64,000 bases of DNA, taken from Parvibaculaceae bacterium (GTDB lineage Bacteria; Pseudomonadota; Alphaproteobacteria; RS24; CBDDDD01). The notes beneath the pieces were generated by a model. It had not been told where the DNA came from. It made no database searches and worked only from the letters and a program-made list of their open reading frames with translations. Where the stretch lies: positions 112,232-176,231 of the forward strand of contig OZ245362.1 of assembly GCA_965226465.1 (NCBI GenBank), written 5' to 3'. Each line of letters starts with the position of its first letter. The stretch's first letter is position 1. The position numbers and the translations under genes were made by a program. Below, one piece after another: positions 51,985 to 62,926 of this stretch.

Positions 51985-52011
51985 AACCGCTAAATATGCA
52001 AATCTTGCACC

Positions 52012-52962
52012 ATGTTGAGACCAAGCCTATTCATTACATCAAATGCCATTGGCGACGCAATTTTTTCTACCGGATTGCTCCACCATATCGCCAAGAATGA
52101 GCCTGACCATCCGCTCTTTGTCGCTTGCGGTACCGCTCCTGCTCCGCTTTTCCGATATATGCCCAATGTGGAGAAAATATTTCCCTTTCGCAAAGAAAAA
52201 TATAAATTGCATTGGCTGAAGCTATATGGACGGGCTTTGCCTCATCGTTATCATCGGATTATTGACCTGAGGGATTCGGTGCTTTCTAGGGTGCTGGTTG
52301 CCCGCCATAAGCATATTTTGAAGCCCGATATGGAAAAAAATAGGGTGGCGCATATTGGGGCGCTGTTTCATCTTGACCCGCCGCCTGCGCCTTATATTTC
52401 TATTCCAGCCGAGATTGAGGGGGTAGTGGAGAAAAGGCTTCCGAAAAATGTGCCGCTTTTGGCGATTGGTCCGACTGCAAATTGGGGGAATAAAATATGG
52501 GCGTATACGAATTATGTGGAGCTTTGCCTTGCGCTTGTGAAGGAAAGGGGGCTGCTTCATGGGGCGTCTATTCTTATTCATGCCGGTCCCAAGGAAAGGG
52601 CGGCGGTGGGGCGGATAAAAAAGGCGTTTATTGAGCGGGGGTTTGCCAAAAACCGCCTTATTGATTTTACGGCTTGTCCGCTTTTGGAAGCGGCTGCGAG
52701 CCTGAAACATGCCAAGCTCTATATCGGTAATGATAGCGGGCTTACTCATCTTGCCGCCGCTGTGGGGGCACCGAGCCTTGCTTTATTTGGTCCGACTGAT
52801 GATAGGCTTTATGCCCCTTTTGGGGAGCATTGTGCTATTGTTAGGAGTGTGCCGCTTGCGGAAATTATCGCTCGCAATGGGGGTAAGCTCCATGATATGA
52901 GTGATATTACGGTGCCTCAGGTTTATGAGGCGGCGTGCAAATTATTGGAAGGGAAGTCATGA
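52012..52962 (+). CDS. family 9 glycosyltransferase (heptosyltransferase-like)
   Basis: C-terminal GNDSGLTHLAAAVGAP motif. Confidence 0.7.
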   Translation: MLRPSLFITSNAIGDAIFSTGLLHHIAKNEPDHPLFVACGTAPAPLFRYMPNVEKIFPFRKEKYKLHWLKLYGRALPHRYHRIIDLRDSVLSRVLVARHKHILKPDMEKNRVAHIGALFHLDPPPAPYISIPAEIEGVVEKRLPKNVPLLAIGPTANWGNKIWAYTNYVELCLALVKERGLLHGASILIHAGPKERAAVGRIKKAFIERGFAKNRLIDFTACPLLEAAASLKHAKLYIGNDSGLTHLAAAVGAPSLALFGPTDDRLYAPFGEHCAIVRSVPLAEIIARNGGKLHDMSDITVPQVYEAACKLLEGKS

Positions 52963-54275
52963 GTTATCAGTTGATTTTGCGGGGGGGAACCCTGCTGACG
53001 CATAAGGGCGAGCATGAGGGGGATATTGCTATTCGTGATGGGCGGATTGTGGAGATTGGCTCTTTTGGTGAGGGGGCGGCGGGGGAGAGTATAGATTGTG
53101 CGGGGCTGCATATTTTGCCGGGCGTTATTGATACGCAGGTGCATTTTCGCGAGCCCGGCAATGAGCATAAGGAAAATCTTGAAAGCGGCTCGCGCGCTGC
53201 CATTATGGGCGGGGTGGTGGCTGTTTTTGAAATGCCAAATACTGCGCCCCCTACGACTTCTATTGATGCGCTGGAGGATAAATTGCGGCGCGCTCGGAAT
53301 AATATGCATTGTGATTATGCTTTTTATGCGGGCGGGACGCCTGATAATGCGGAGCTTTTGCCGGAGATGGAGCGGCTGGCGGGGTGTTGTGGGGTTAAGG
53401 TGTTTATGGGGTCTTCTACGGGGAATCTGCTGGTGCCGGATGATGAAAATGTTGGCAAGATTATTCGCCATATTACGAGGCGGGCGGCGTTTCACTCGGA
53501 GGATGAGTTTTTGCTTAGGGAACAGGTACATCTGGCTGAGCAGGGGAATGTGCATAGTCATCCTGTTTGGCGCGATGAGCAGGTTGCTTTTTCTTGCACT
53601 AAGCGGCTGCTGGCTCTTGCTGAAAAGGAGCAGAAGCAGATCCATGTGCTGCATGTCACCACCAAAAGTGAGATGGAGCTTTTGGCGAAACACCGCTCTA
53701 TTGCATCCGTTGAGGTGACGCCGCAACATTTAACGCTTGTGGCACCTGCGTGCTATGACGAGCTTGGTAGTTTTGCGCAGATGAACCCGCCTATTCGGGA
53801 AGCCCAGCATAGGGAAGCGCTTTGGCGGGCGCTTTCTGCGGGGATTGTGGATGTTATCGGCTCTGACCATGCGCCTCATAGTCGTGAGGAGAAGGCGGCG
53901 GAATATCCCAAATCGCCGGCGGGTATGCCGGGTGTGCAGACTTTGCTGCCGCTTATGTTGGAGCATGTTCATGCCAAAAGGCTCTCGCGCCAGAGGTTGG
54001 TGGAGTTGACCTCGCTTAATGCTCATCGGCTTTTTAAGCTTGCCAATAAGGGCAAAATGGAAAAGGGGTTTGATGCTGATTTTACGCTGGTTGATTTTGC
54101 CGCCAAGAAAGTGATTTCTGAAGACTGGTTGCAGTCCAAATGTGGCTGGTCGCCTTTTACGGGGAAAGAGGTGCATGGTTGGCCGGTGGCGACTATTATT
54201 CGGGGGAATATTGTGATGCGTGAGGGGGAGTTGATTGCGCCTTCTTTGGGGAAACCGATTGAGTTTATGAGTTAG
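52959..54275 (+). CDS. pyrC: dihydroorotase-type cyclic amidohydrolase
   Basis: VIDTQVHFREPG and SDHAPH metal-ligand motifs. Start at ATG 52959, in an ATGA overlap. Confidence 0.75.
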   Translation: MSYQLILRGGTLLTHKGEHEGDIAIRDGRIVEIGSFGEGAAGESIDCAGLHILPGVIDTQVHFREPGNEHKENLESGSRAAIMGGVVAVFEMPNTAPPTTSIDALEDKLRRARNNMHCDYAFYAGGTPDNAELLPEMERLAGCCGVKVFMGSSTGNLLVPDDENVGKIIRHITRRAAFHSEDEFLLREQVHLAEQGNVHSHPVWRDEQVAFSCTKRLLALAEKEQKQIHVLHVTTKSEMELLAKHRSIASVEVTPQHLTLVAPACYDELGSFAQMNPPIREAQHREALWRALSAGIVDVIGSDHAPHSREEKAAEYPKSPAGMPGVQTLLPLMLEHVHAKRLSRQRLVELTSLNAHRLFKLANKGKMEKGFDADFTLVDFAAKKVISEDWLQSKCGWSPFTGKEVHGWPVATIIRGNIVMREGELIAPSLGKPIEFMS

Positions 54276-54282
54276 CTATCCC

Positions 54283-54747
54283 ATGCGCTTTTTGCTTTTT
54301 TGCTGTCTTTTTCTGTTTTCTTTGCCGCTTTTTGCCCAAAGCCCGCAAAGGGGGTTGGAGGAGGATAGGCTGGAAATTATTACCCAAGCGGGTAAGCATT
54401 ATCTGTTTGATGTTGAAATTGCTAAAACGCCTGCACAGACCTCAAAGGGCATGATGTATCGGCGCAGTATTCAGCCTTTTTCGGGTATGTTGTTTTTATT
54501 GGGGAAGCCTCGTATTCAACGCTTTTGGATGAAAAATACCTATGTGCCGCTTGATATTGTCTTTATACGGAGAGATGGGGTCATTGCTGATATTATTACG
54601 AGATATGATATTGGCTCGCATGGCTCGTCAAGCTCCAGTGAAAAAGTTACCGCCGCTCTTGAAATTGGGGCGGGGCGGGCAAAGGCGCTGAATATTATGG
54701 TGGGTGATAGGGTGGTTTTTCCCTATTTTGTGCCGTCATTGGATTGA
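54283..54747 (+). CDS. DUF192-family exported protein
   Basis: Signal peptide and the strings GMMYR...FWMKNTYVPLDIVF. Confidence 0.6.
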   Translation: MRFLLFCCLFLFSLPLFAQSPQRGLEEDRLEIITQAGKHYLFDVEIAKTPAQTSKGMMYRRSIQPFSGMLFLLGKPRIQRFWMKNTYVPLDIVFIRRDGVIADIITRYDIGSHGSSSSSEKVTAALEIGAGRAKALNIMVGDRVVFPYFVPSLD

Positions 54748-55661
54748 ACGGCTCTTTCTAGGCGGTCATTAATGGCACGCCCTAGCCCTTTTTCGGGGAT
54801 GGGGTGGACAGCAATTTTTTCTGCTTTTTTGTCTAGCTCGTGGAGGAAGGAGAAAAAATTGGCGGCGGCTTCTTGTAAATTGCCGTTTTTGCTGAGGTTT
54901 AGGGTAAGCCCTTTATGGTCGGGTGTGTTGCCAAAGGTGAGGAGGGCTTCGTCTTTTTCTATGTGGGTGGCGTTTATGCGAAGTTTTGCTTGGGGGGAGT
55001 AATGGAGGCTTGTTCTGCCGGGTGATAGGCGTGCTTCTTTGCCGTATTCTGCTTTTGCTTGTTGTAGTTTCTTGCCTAGTACCGTTTCTATCTCTTCGCT
55101 GGCTATGGCGCCTTGTCGTAGTAATAGGGGGGTTTCGTGTTGGCAGGAGATGATTGTGCTTTCCAGTCCTTTTTCGGTTTTGCCGCCGTCCAGTATCATG
55201 ATGTTTTTTATGTCTATGTGTTTTGCTTCGGTGGGGCTAAGTCTGCCTGATAGATTGGCGCTTGGGGCGGCGAGCGGCATGGCGGATTTTTGTAGTAAGG
55301 CTTGTGCGGTTTTATGGGCGGGGATGCGGATGGCGAGGGTTTCTAGCCCTGCGCTTACTAGGGGGGTGATGGTGGTGTCTTTTTTTGTGCCGATGAGGGT
55401 GAGGCTTCCAGGCCAGAAATGGGTTGCCAGTTTTTGGGTGTCGGGGGTCATGTGGATAAGCTCTTCCGCCGCCGTCATGCTTGCTACATGGACGATGAGG
55501 GGGTTGAAGTGGGGGCGCTGTTTTAGGGCGAAAATCTTGGCTATGGCTTCGCTGTTTCTTGCGTCAGCGCCCAAACCATAGACGGTCTCGGTGGGGAAAA
55601 CCACCGGCTCGCCTTGTCGTAAAACTGCTACTGCTTTTTCTATATTTTCCATATTTTCCAT
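54723..55661 (-). CDS. tsaC: L-threonylcarbamoyladenylate synthase (Sua5/YwlC type)
   Basis: FPTETVYGLGADA and APSANLSG motifs, plus a Sua5 C-terminal domain. Confidence 0.85.
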   Translation of the reverse strand: MENMENIEKAVAVLRQGEPVVFPTETVYGLGADARNSEAIAKIFALKQRPHFNPLIVHVASMTAAEELIHMTPDTQKLATHFWPGSLTLIGTKKDTTITPLVSAGLETLAIRIPAHKTAQALLQKSAMPLAAPSANLSGRLSPTEAKHIDIKNIMILDGGKTEKGLESTIISCQHETPLLLRQGAIASEEIETVLGKKLQQAKAEYGKEARLSPGRTSLHYSPQAKLRINATHIEKDEALLTFGNTPDHKGLTLNLSKNGNLQEAAANFFSFLHELDKKAEKIAVHPIPEKGLGRAINDRLERAVQSNDGTK

Positions 55662-55730
55662 TGCCGAAACCTTGCCTTATCCGCCTTTATCGGACAAACT
55701 ATTCTATCCGCTAATGCCAGGAGGTCAAAT

Positions 55731-55952
55731 ATGACAGAAAAAACAAAAAAAACAGAAAAAATAAGTTTTGAAGCCGCCCTTAGTGAGTTGGAGGACATTG
55801 TCGCCCAATTGGAAAATGGTGAGGCTCAGCTGGATGACGCCATAACGCTTTATGAGCGTGGGGAGGCACTTCGCAAAACTTGCGAGAAACAATTGCAAGC
55901 GGCAAAGATGAAAATTGAAACGCTTGCCAAAGAAAAACAAAAACAGGAATAA
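55731..55952 (+). CDS. xseB: exodeoxyribonuclease VII small subunit
   Basis: 73 aa with the string SFEAALSELEDIVAQLENGE. Confidence 0.85.
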   Translation: MTEKTKKTEKISFEAALSELEDIVAQLENGEAQLDDAITLYERGEALRKTCEKQLQAAKMKIETLAKEKQKQE

Positions 55953-55954
55953 TC

Positions 55955-56827
55955 TTGCCGAACAATCAAAAGCCTAGCACCGCCTTTCATAGCGCATTGC
56001 AGCAAACCGCACAAAGCGTGGAGCAGGTTTTGTCCAATCTATTGCCGCTTTCCCAAGACCCGGAGAGCAAGCTCATTGAGGCGATGCGCTATGGTGTGTT
56101 GGGGGGGGGAAAGCGGTTGCGTCCCTTTCTGGTGGCGGAGGTGGCGGAGCTTTTTGAGGTCAAGCCGAAATCTGCCATTCTTGTTGGGGCGGCGATTGAG
56201 ATTATTCATGGATATTCGCTTATCCATGATGACCTGCCTTGCATGGATGATGATGCGATGAGGCGGGGCAAGCCCTCGCTGCATGTTGCCTTTGGCGAGG
56301 CGATGGCGGTGCTTGCGGGGGATGGGCTGTTGACGCTCGCCTTTGAGATATTGGCAAGCGAGGAGGTTCATAAATCTACCGCTATTCGGGTGGAGCTATT
56401 GCAGGCAATGGCACATGCAGGCGGGGTGCATGGCATGGTGGGGGGGCAGAGCATTGATCTGCAAAATCATGGGGCGCTTCCTGAGCTTGGTATATTGACG
56501 AGGCTGCATGGGATGAAAACGGGGTCGCTTATTCATTTTGCGGTGGATAGCGGGGCGATTCTTGGGCAGGCTTCTAAGGAAGACCGTGCGGCTCTTGGCG
56601 GATATGCACAGATGATTGGGCTGGCTTTTCAGATTATTGATGATTTGCTGGATTATAAAGAGAGCGATAGTAAGAAGACAAGTTTTGTGGCGCTGATGGG
56701 CGAGGAGCGGGCTAGAGAGCAGGCGGCTCATCTTGTTCAGCAGGCAAAGGCGCATTTGGTAAGTTTTGGGAAGCGGGCGGATATGCTTTGTGAGATTGCC
56801 GATTTTGTTCAGATACGGGAGAGTTAA
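55955..56827 (+). CDS. ispA: farnesyl diphosphate synthase
   Basis: GGKRLRPFL, LIHDDLPCMDDDAMRRGKPS and a second D-rich motif IIDDLLD. TTG start at 55955. Confidence 0.85.
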   Translation: MPNNQKPSTAFHSALQQTAQSVEQVLSNLLPLSQDPESKLIEAMRYGVLGGGKRLRPFLVAEVAELFEVKPKSAILVGAAIEIIHGYSLIHDDLPCMDDDAMRRGKPSLHVAFGEAMAVLAGDGLLTLAFEILASEEVHKSTAIRVELLQAMAHAGGVHGMVGGQSIDLQNHGALPELGILTRLHGMKTGSLIHFAVDSGAILGQASKEDRAALGGYAQMIGLAFQIIDDLLDYKESDSKKTSFVALMGEERAREQAAHLVQQAKAHLVSFGKRADMLCEIADFVQIRES

Positions 56828-56830
56828 ATT

Positions 56831-58717
56831 ATGTCCAAGAAGTCGCAAACTCCCCTTTTGGATACGATAAACTCGCCTAAAGAGTTGCGGCGGCTTTCTG
56901 AGAAGGAGCTTGTTCAGCTTGCTGGGGAGCTGCGTGAAGATATGGTGCAGATGGTTTCAAAGACGGGGGGGCATTTGGGGGCGGGGCTGGGGGTGGTGGA
57001 GCTTAGTATTGCGCTGCATTATGTTTTTGATACGCCTAAGGATAGGCTGGTTTGGGATGTGGGGCATCAGAGCTATCCGCATAAAATATTGACCAAGAGG
57101 CGGGGGAAAATGGGGACGTTGCGCCAAAAAGGGGGCTTGTCGGGATTTACGAAAAGGGCGGAAAGTGTCTATGACGCTTTTGGGGCGGCGCATAGTTCTA
57201 CTTCTATCTCGGCGGGGCTGGGCATGGCGATGGCGCGTGATATTCTTGGTAAGGATAATCATATTATCTGTGTCATTGGTGATGGGGCGATGTCGGCGGG
57301 CATGGCATATGAGGCGATGAATAATGCCGGCGCTATGGATAAGAGGCTGATTGTTATTCTTAATGATAATGATATGTCTATTGCCCCACCTGTGGGGGCG
57401 ATGTCGGCTTATCTTGCGCGCTTATTATCGGGTAGTCGGTATCGGAAAGTTAGAAATATCGCTAAAAATATTGTTCATCGTCTGCCCGCGCGCTTTGCTG
57501 AAAAGGTGCGGCGCATGGAGGAATATATGCGCGGATTTGCTATGGGGGGGACGCTGTTTGAGGAGATGGGGTTTTATTATGTCGGTCCGATTGATGGGCA
57601 TAATATGGCGCATCTTTTGCCGATATTGAGAAATGTTAAGAAGGCGAAAACGGGTCCCATTCTGCTCCATGTCGTGACGAAAAAGGGCTATGGATATGAG
57701 CCTGCGGAAAAGGCGGCGGATAAATATCATGGGGTGGGGAGCTTTAATCCTGATACGGGTGAGAAGCATTCTGCTAAGGCGGCACCGCCAAGCTATACTT
57801 CTATTTTTGCCCGCCAGCTCATTGCGGAGGCGAAGAGGGATAAGAAAATTGTCGCCTTTACCGCCGCCATGCCAGAGGGGACGGGGCTGGATAGGTTTGC
57901 CAAGCAGTTTCCTGAGCGATGTTTTGATGTTGGCATTGCCGAGCAGCATGCGGTGACTTGTGCGGCGGGCATGGCGTGTGAGGGTTTTAAGCCTTTTGTC
58001 GCGATTTATTCTACCTTTTTGCAACGTGCGTATGACCAGATTGTGCATGATGTTGCTATTCAGAAACTGCCTTTGCGTTTTGCTATTGACCGTGCGGGTC
58101 TTGTGGGGGCGGACGGTCCGACCCATGCGGGTGCTTTTGACTTGGCGTATCTGGCTTGCCTGCCGCATTTTACGCTTATGGCGGCTTCTGATGAGATTGA
58201 GCTTATGCGGATGGTGAAGACTGCCGCCCTTATTGATGATGCCCCTTCTGCTTTTCGCTATCCGAGGGGGGCGGTGCGGGGGCTTGAGATTCCTAAAAAA
58301 ATTGAGCCGTTGGAAATTGGTAAGGGGCGGGTTATTGCTGAGGGGGAGCGGGTTGCCTTTCTGAATCTTGGGGCAAGGCTTGCGGAGGTGGAGAAGGCGG
58401 CGGAAATATTGCGGAAGAAAAATATAGCCGCAAGCATTATTGATATGCGTTTTATGAAGCCGTTGGATAGTGATTTATTGTTGAAATTGGCGAAAACCCA
58501 TAGCGTGCTTATTTCTATTGAGGAGGGGGCGAGGGGTGGATTTGGGGCGCATATATTGCAGTTTCTTGCGGAAAGGGGGGTGCTGGATGAGGGGCTTGTG
58601 TTCCGTCCGCTCTGTCTGCCTGACCGATTTATTGACCATGCGGCGCCTTTTGATATGTATGAGGACGCCAAGCTTAATGCCGAGCATATTGCCAAGATTG
58701 CGCTTGGGCTTATGTAA
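56831..58717 (+). CDS. dxs: 1-deoxy-D-xylulose-5-phosphate synthase
   Basis: [13 protein letters not shown]...[14 protein letters not shown]...IGDGAM motifs. Confidence 0.95.
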   Translation: MSKKSQTPLLDTINSPKELRRLSEKELVQLAGELREDMVQMVSKTGGHLGAGLGVVELSIALHYVFDTPKDRLVWDVGHQSYPHKILTKRRGKMGTLRQKGGLSGFTKRAESVYDAFGAAHSSTSISAGLGMAMARDILGKDNHIICVIGDGAMSAGMAYEAMNNAGAMDKRLIVILNDNDMSIAPPVGAMSAYLARLLSGSRYRKVRNIAKNIVHRLPARFAEKVRRMEEYMRGFAMGGTLFEEMGFYYVGPIDGHNMAHLLPILRNVKKAKTGPILLHVVTKKGYGYEPAEKAADKYHGVGSFNPDTGEKHSAKAAPPSYTSIFARQLIAEAKRDKKIVAFTAAMPEGTGLDRFAKQFPERCFDVGIAEQHAVTCAAGMACEGFKPFVAIYSTFLQRAYDQIVHDVAIQKLPLRFAIDRAGLVGADGPTHAGAFDLAYLACLPHFTLMAASDEIELMRMVKTAALIDDAPSAFRYPRGAVRGLEIPKKIEPLEIGKGRVIAEGERVAFLNLGARLAEVEKAAEILRKKNIAASIIDMRFMKPLDSDLLLKLAKTHSVLISIEEGARGGFGAHILQFLAERGVLDEGLVFRPLCLPDRFIDHAAPFDMYEDAKLNAEHIAKIALGLM

Positions 58718-59801
58718 TTTTTCCGCCTTGTCCTAAATGGCGCAACCAATGGTCTGCCAGAACCAGCGCCATCATGGCTTCGCCTATCGGGACGGCTCGG
58801 ATGCCGACACAGGGGTCGTGCCTGCCTTTGGTGCGTATCTCTTGTTCTTTGCCTTTGGTGTCAACGGTTTTGCGAGGCGTTAAAATGGAGGAGGTGGGTT
58901 TTACGGCAAAGCGGGCGATGATGTCCTCGCCATTGGAAATGCCGCCTTGTATGCCGCCTGAGTGATTGCTGGTGAAGCTAACCTTGCCGCCTTTATTTCT
59001 CATCTCATCGGCGTTCTGCTCGCCTCTTAGTTTTGCGGCTTGAAAGCCGTTTCCTATCTCTACGCCTTTGACGGCGTTAATGCTCATCATGGCTTGGGCA
59101 AGGTCTGAATCCAGCTTGCCATAAACGGGGGCGCCAAGACCTTTTGGCACGTTTTTCGCTACCACTTCTATTACCGCTCCGATGCTGGAGCCTTGTTTTC
59201 TGATGCCGTCAAGATAGGCTTCCCATTGCTTTGCCGCCTGCTTGTCGGGACACCAGAAGGGGTTTTTGTCAATCTGTTTCCAATCCCAGTTTTCCCTGTT
59301 TATGGACTGCTCGCCTATGGAGATGAGCGCTCCTTTTATCTCTACGCCTTTTAGGATTTTGCGGGCAATGGCGGCGGCGGCTACGCGCATAGCTGTTTCT
59401 CTTGCGGAGCTTCGCCCGCCGCCGCGATAATCGCGGATGCCGTATTTTTGCAGATAGCTGTAATCGGCGTGTCCGGGGCGGAAGCTCTTTTTTATCTCGC
59501 TGTAATCTTTGGAGCGGGCATCCTCGTTTTTGATGAGCAGGCTTATGGGGGTGCCTGTGGTTACTTGTATGCCTTTTTCGTTTTCAAAGACGCCTGATAA
59601 TATTTCTACCTTGTCGGATTCTTTTCTTTGGGTGGTGAAGCGGTTTTGTCCGGGCTTTCTTTTATCTAGCCAGTGTTGGATGTCTTTTTCTTCTAGCGGG
59701 ATAAGGGGGGGTGCGCCGTCAATGACGCAGCCTATCGCTTTGCCGTGGCTCTCGCCCCAGCTTGTTACATGCAGTAAATGTCCAAAGCGGTTATGCGACA
59801 T
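58710..59801 (-). CDS. aroC: chorismate synthase
   Basis: [15 protein letters not shown]...GRHDPCV motifs. Confidence 0.95.
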   Translation of the reverse strand: MSHNRFGHLLHVTSWGESHGKAIGCVIDGAPPLIPLEEKDIQHWLDKRKPGQNRFTTQRKESDKVEILSGVFENEKGIQVTTGTPISLLIKNEDARSKDYSEIKKSFRPGHADYSYLQKYGIRDYRGGGRSSARETAMRVAAAAIARKILKGVEIKGALISIGEQSINRENWDWKQIDKNPFWCPDKQAAKQWEAYLDGIRKQGSSIGAVIEVVAKNVPKGLGAPVYGKLDSDLAQAMMSINAVKGVEIGNGFQAAKLRGEQNADEMRNKGGKVSFTSNHSGGIQGGISNGEDIIARFAVKPTSSILTPRKTVDTKGKEQEIRTKGRHDPCVGIRAVPIGEAMMALVLADHWLRHLGQGGKIT

Positions 59802-59804
59802 TGG

Positions 59805-60596
59805 CTATTTTGCCCCTTCCAGACTTGCCATGCCGACAATATGATAGCCGGCATCAACATGGTGAATTTCGCCGCTGACCCCATTGCTTAAATCGCTCAG
59901 GAAATAAAGCCCTGCATTGCCGACTTGTTCTATGGTGACGTTTTGGCGAAGCGGGGTGTTTTTTTCAGACCAGTCCAGCATGGCGCGGAAATCGTCAATG
60001 CCGCTTGCCGCCAGCGTGCGGATGGGTCCTGCTGAGATGGCATTGACCCTTATTTGCTTGCTGCCCAAATCAGCCGCCATATAGCGGACACTTGCCTCCA
60101 ATGCCGCTTTGGCAACGCCCATGACATTATAATGGGGGATGACTTTCTCGGCGCCATAATAGCTCATGGTCAGCAGGCTTCCGCCATTTTTCATAAGCTT
60201 CTCGGCGCGCCTTGCAATGGCGGTGAAGCTGTAGCAGGAGACATTGAGGGCAAGGGCAAAGCCCTCAGCGCTGGTGTCAACATATCTGCCCTTTAGCTCG
60301 TCCCTATGGGCGAAGGCGATGGCGTGGACGACGAAGTCTAGCTCGCCCCATTTTTTTTCAAGAGTGGCGAAAAGGGAGTCTAGGCTTTTGTCGTCGGTGA
60401 CATCGCAGGGCATGACCAGGCTGCTTCCCACACTTTCTGCCAGAGGGGTTACGCGCTTTTCTAGTTTGTCGCCTTGATAGCTGAAGGCAAGCTCTGCGCC
60501 TGCATCGGCACATGCCTTGGCAATGCCCCATGCAATGGAGCGTTCATTGGCTACGCCCATTATCAATCCTTTTTTTCCCTTCATAATCGGTTCCAT
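59805..60596 (-). CDS. fabI: enoyl-ACP reductase (NADH), FabI
   Basis: GKKGLIMGVANERSIAWGIA...SYYGAEK...NAISAGPIRTLA. Confidence 0.9.
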   Translation of the reverse strand: MEPIMKGKKGLIMGVANERSIAWGIAKACADAGAELAFSYQGDKLEKRVTPLAESVGSSLVMPCDVTDDKSLDSLFATLEKKWGELDFVVHAIAFAHRDELKGRYVDTSAEGFALALNVSCYSFTAIARRAEKLMKNGGSLLTMSYYGAEKVIPHYNVMGVAKAALEASVRYMAADLGSKQIRVNAISAGPIRTLAASGIDDFRAMLDWSEKNTPLRQNVTIEQVGNAGLYFLSDLSNGVSGEIHHVDAGYHIVGMASLEGAK

Positions 60597-60643
60597 ATTT
60601 CTGCCCTTTACGTTAAAACTATAAGCCTATTATACCCATTTCC

Positions 60644-61288
60644 ATGAAATCCGAAAGGGAAGAGAGGCATATTGTGAACAAGATTATGCAAGCAGAGATA
60701 GAGGAGGCAGGTTGCCCCATCGTCCTTTTTGAAAAATGGATGGCGGAGGCGGCGGCGAAGGGCGATGGTTTCGCCAATGCCATGTCGCTTGCCAGTGTGG
60801 ATGAGCACCATGCGCCCCAGCAACGTATGGTGCTTTTGAAGGCGGTGGATGAGGGGCGGTTTGTTTTTTATACCAATATGGAAAGTCCCAAAGCGCGCCA
60901 TTTGGGGGGTAATGGGCAGGCTTCGCTTCTGTTTCATTGGAAGGTTTTGGAGCGGCAGGTTCGGGTTTCGGGTAGCTGTGTGCCGGTGTCTAGGGAGCGG
61001 GTGGAGGCTTATTTTAATACTCGTGAGCGGGATAGTCAGATTGGGGCGTGGGCGTCAGTGCAGTCTGAGGTGCTTGGCTCACGGCAAGAATTGGTGGCAC
61101 TTTTTGAAAAATTTGAGAAGGAGTTTGAGGGGAAATCCATACCAGCACCGCCTTTTTGGGGGGGGTTTGCATTGTCTCCTGTGCAGATAGAGTTTTGGCT
61201 CTCGCGCCCTGCGCGCCTGCATGAGCGGGTGTTATACACAAGGGAAAGCGTCAATAATGATTGGCAGACCCGCTTTCTGTTTCCCTGA
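60644..61288 (+). CDS. pdxH: pyridoxamine 5'-phosphate oxidase
   Basis: RMVLLK...IEFWLSRPARLHER...F strings. Confidence 0.9.
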   Translation: MKSEREERHIVNKIMQAEIEEAGCPIVLFEKWMAEAAAKGDGFANAMSLASVDEHHAPQQRMVLLKAVDEGRFVFYTNMESPKARHLGGNGQASLLFHWKVLERQVRVSGSCVPVSRERVEAYFNTRERDSQIGAWASVQSEVLGSRQELVALFEKFEKEFEGKSIPAPPFWGGFALSPVQIEFWLSRPARLHERVLYTRESVNNDWQTRFLFP

Positions 61289-61343
61289 GCGAAGTTTATT
61301 GTTAGGCTGGGGTGTTTTTTGAATGTGAAAAGAGATAGGGGAA

Positions 61344-61991
61344 ATGATGGGCGAGCAACAAGGAAAAATTGTTAATTTTTTAAAGCTTCTAGATGACTTC
61401 GTAATGTATTGTATTACAAGTGTTGATAGGGCGGACGGTCACCCAAAAACTATAATTGGAAGTATTGTTCTTCTCTACGTGCTTTTGTTTGCGGTTTTTG
61501 GCGGTTGGGTGATTTTCCTATTTTTTGGATTGGGAGGACTTGCTCTTTGGTTTCCTGTTAAATTGCTTTTGGATAAGTTGTCTGACTCACCAAAAGACTT
61601 ATTTGAGATTGTATTTTTTCAAATAGTTGTAATTGGAGCGTGTCTTTTGTGGACTGGTTGGATATATGGTGATTTATCACCCGATAGTATTTCGGATTAT
61701 TTTATCATTGTCCCCGGCACATGGCTTGTTATTTTTGCATGTCCAATCGGCGCTACTCTATTGAATAATAAGGACGATTGGCAATCAATGCCCAGTATTA
61801 TAAGTTTTATATTTTATAGTGCGACTATTGCTCTTATAGGGGGTATTTTGTTTAATTTTGAGGTAATTTTGTTTAATTTTGGGGTAATAGAGGTGCTTAT
61901 TATTCAAGCGGTTTTCCAATGTCTGGGCGGTATTTGGGATATAGTAAAATTGCAAGATAAGCAGAAGCAGATGTTACAGGAGGAGGAATAG
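61344..61991 (+). CDS. hypothetical multi-TM membrane protein (AT-rich insert)
   Basis: 215 aa with 5-6 hydrophobic segments. It contains an in-frame 21-bp tandem duplication (61845-61865 / 61866-61886). No family recognised. Confidence 0.5.
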   Translation: MMGEQQGKIVNFLKLLDDFVMYCITSVDRADGHPKTIIGSIVLLYVLLFAVFGGWVIFLFFGLGGLALWFPVKLLLDKLSDSPKDLFEIVFFQIVVIGACLLWTGWIYGDLSPDSISDYFIIVPGTWLVIFACPIGATLLNNKDDWQSMPSIISFIFYSATIALIGGILFNFEVILFNFGVIEVLIIQAVFQCLGGIWDIVKLQDKQKQMLQEEE

Positions 61992-62005
61992 TCTTGGGGA
62001 AAGGT

Positions 62006-62926
62006 ATGGAGAAGGTGCAAGAAAAATCGCAAAAGGATGGGCGCTTAATGCGTGCCATTAGTTGGGCAAGCGTGTTGGTGGGTATTGTGCTTATCGCCGC
62101 AAAGTTTTTTGCGTGGATGATGACCGGCGGCTCGGTGGCGGTGCTTAGTTCGTTGCTCGACTCTAGTTTGGATCTTATTGCTTCTATTGGTAATTTTTTT
62201 GCTATTCGTCATTCGCTGACACCGGCTGATAAGGAACATCGTTTTGGGCATGGGAAGGCGGAGGCGCTGGCGGCACTTGGGCAGGCTTTGTTTATTTTTT
62301 GCTCAGGGGCATTGCTGACCATTGCGGCGGTGCGGGATTTTTTAAATCCTTTACCGACCGATAAGAGTCACATTGCCATTATTATTATTGCGCTTTCTAT
62401 ACCGCTGACATTGGCGCTGATTGCGGGGCAGGTTTATGTGGCGAGGCGCACGCAATCGCTGGCTATTTCGGCAGATAGTGCGCATTATCAGGGGGATTTA
62501 TTTCTCAATCTATCGGTTATTATTTCTATATTATTGGCGACGCAGCTGGGCTGGGTGTGGGCGGAAAGCCTGCTTGCTTTTATTGTTGCCATGTTCATGT
62601 TTTTCTCCTGCTTTCGGATTTTTATGCGCTCCGCCAATCATCTCATGGACCATGAGTTGAACGATGAGAGGAGGGGGCAGATTAAAAATATTATTCTTGC
62701 TCATCCTAAGGTCGTGAATATGCATGACCTCAGAACGAGGCGGGCGGGGATTCAGATTTTTATTCAGTGCCATATTGAGCTTGACCCTGATATGAGCCTT
62801 GTGGAGGCGCATACTATTTCCGATGAGGTGGAGGCGGCGGTTTTGAAGGAATTTCCCAATAGTGAGGTGCTTATCCACCAAGACCCTGCCGGACATGAAG
62901 ACCCTAGCAGTTTGGAGAAAAGCTGA
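62006..62926 (+). CDS. cation diffusion facilitator (CDF) family metal efflux transporter
   Basis: Six TM helices, the strings SLLDSSLD and HRFGHGKAE, and a C-terminal cytoplasmic domain. I prefer ATG 62006 over the TTG at 61994. Confidence 0.8.
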   Translation: MEKVQEKSQKDGRLMRAISWASVLVGIVLIAAKFFAWMMTGGSVAVLSSLLDSSLDLIASIGNFFAIRHSLTPADKEHRFGHGKAEALAALGQALFIFCSGALLTIAAVRDFLNPLPTDKSHIAIIIIALSIPLTLALIAGQVYVARRTQSLAISADSAHYQGDLFLNLSVIISILLATQLGWVWAESLLAFIVAMFMFFSCFRIFMRSANHLMDHELNDERRGQIKNIILAHPKVVNMHDLRTRRAGIQIFIQCHIELDPDMSLVEAHTISDEVEAAVLKEFPNSEVLIHQDPAGHEDPSSLEKS

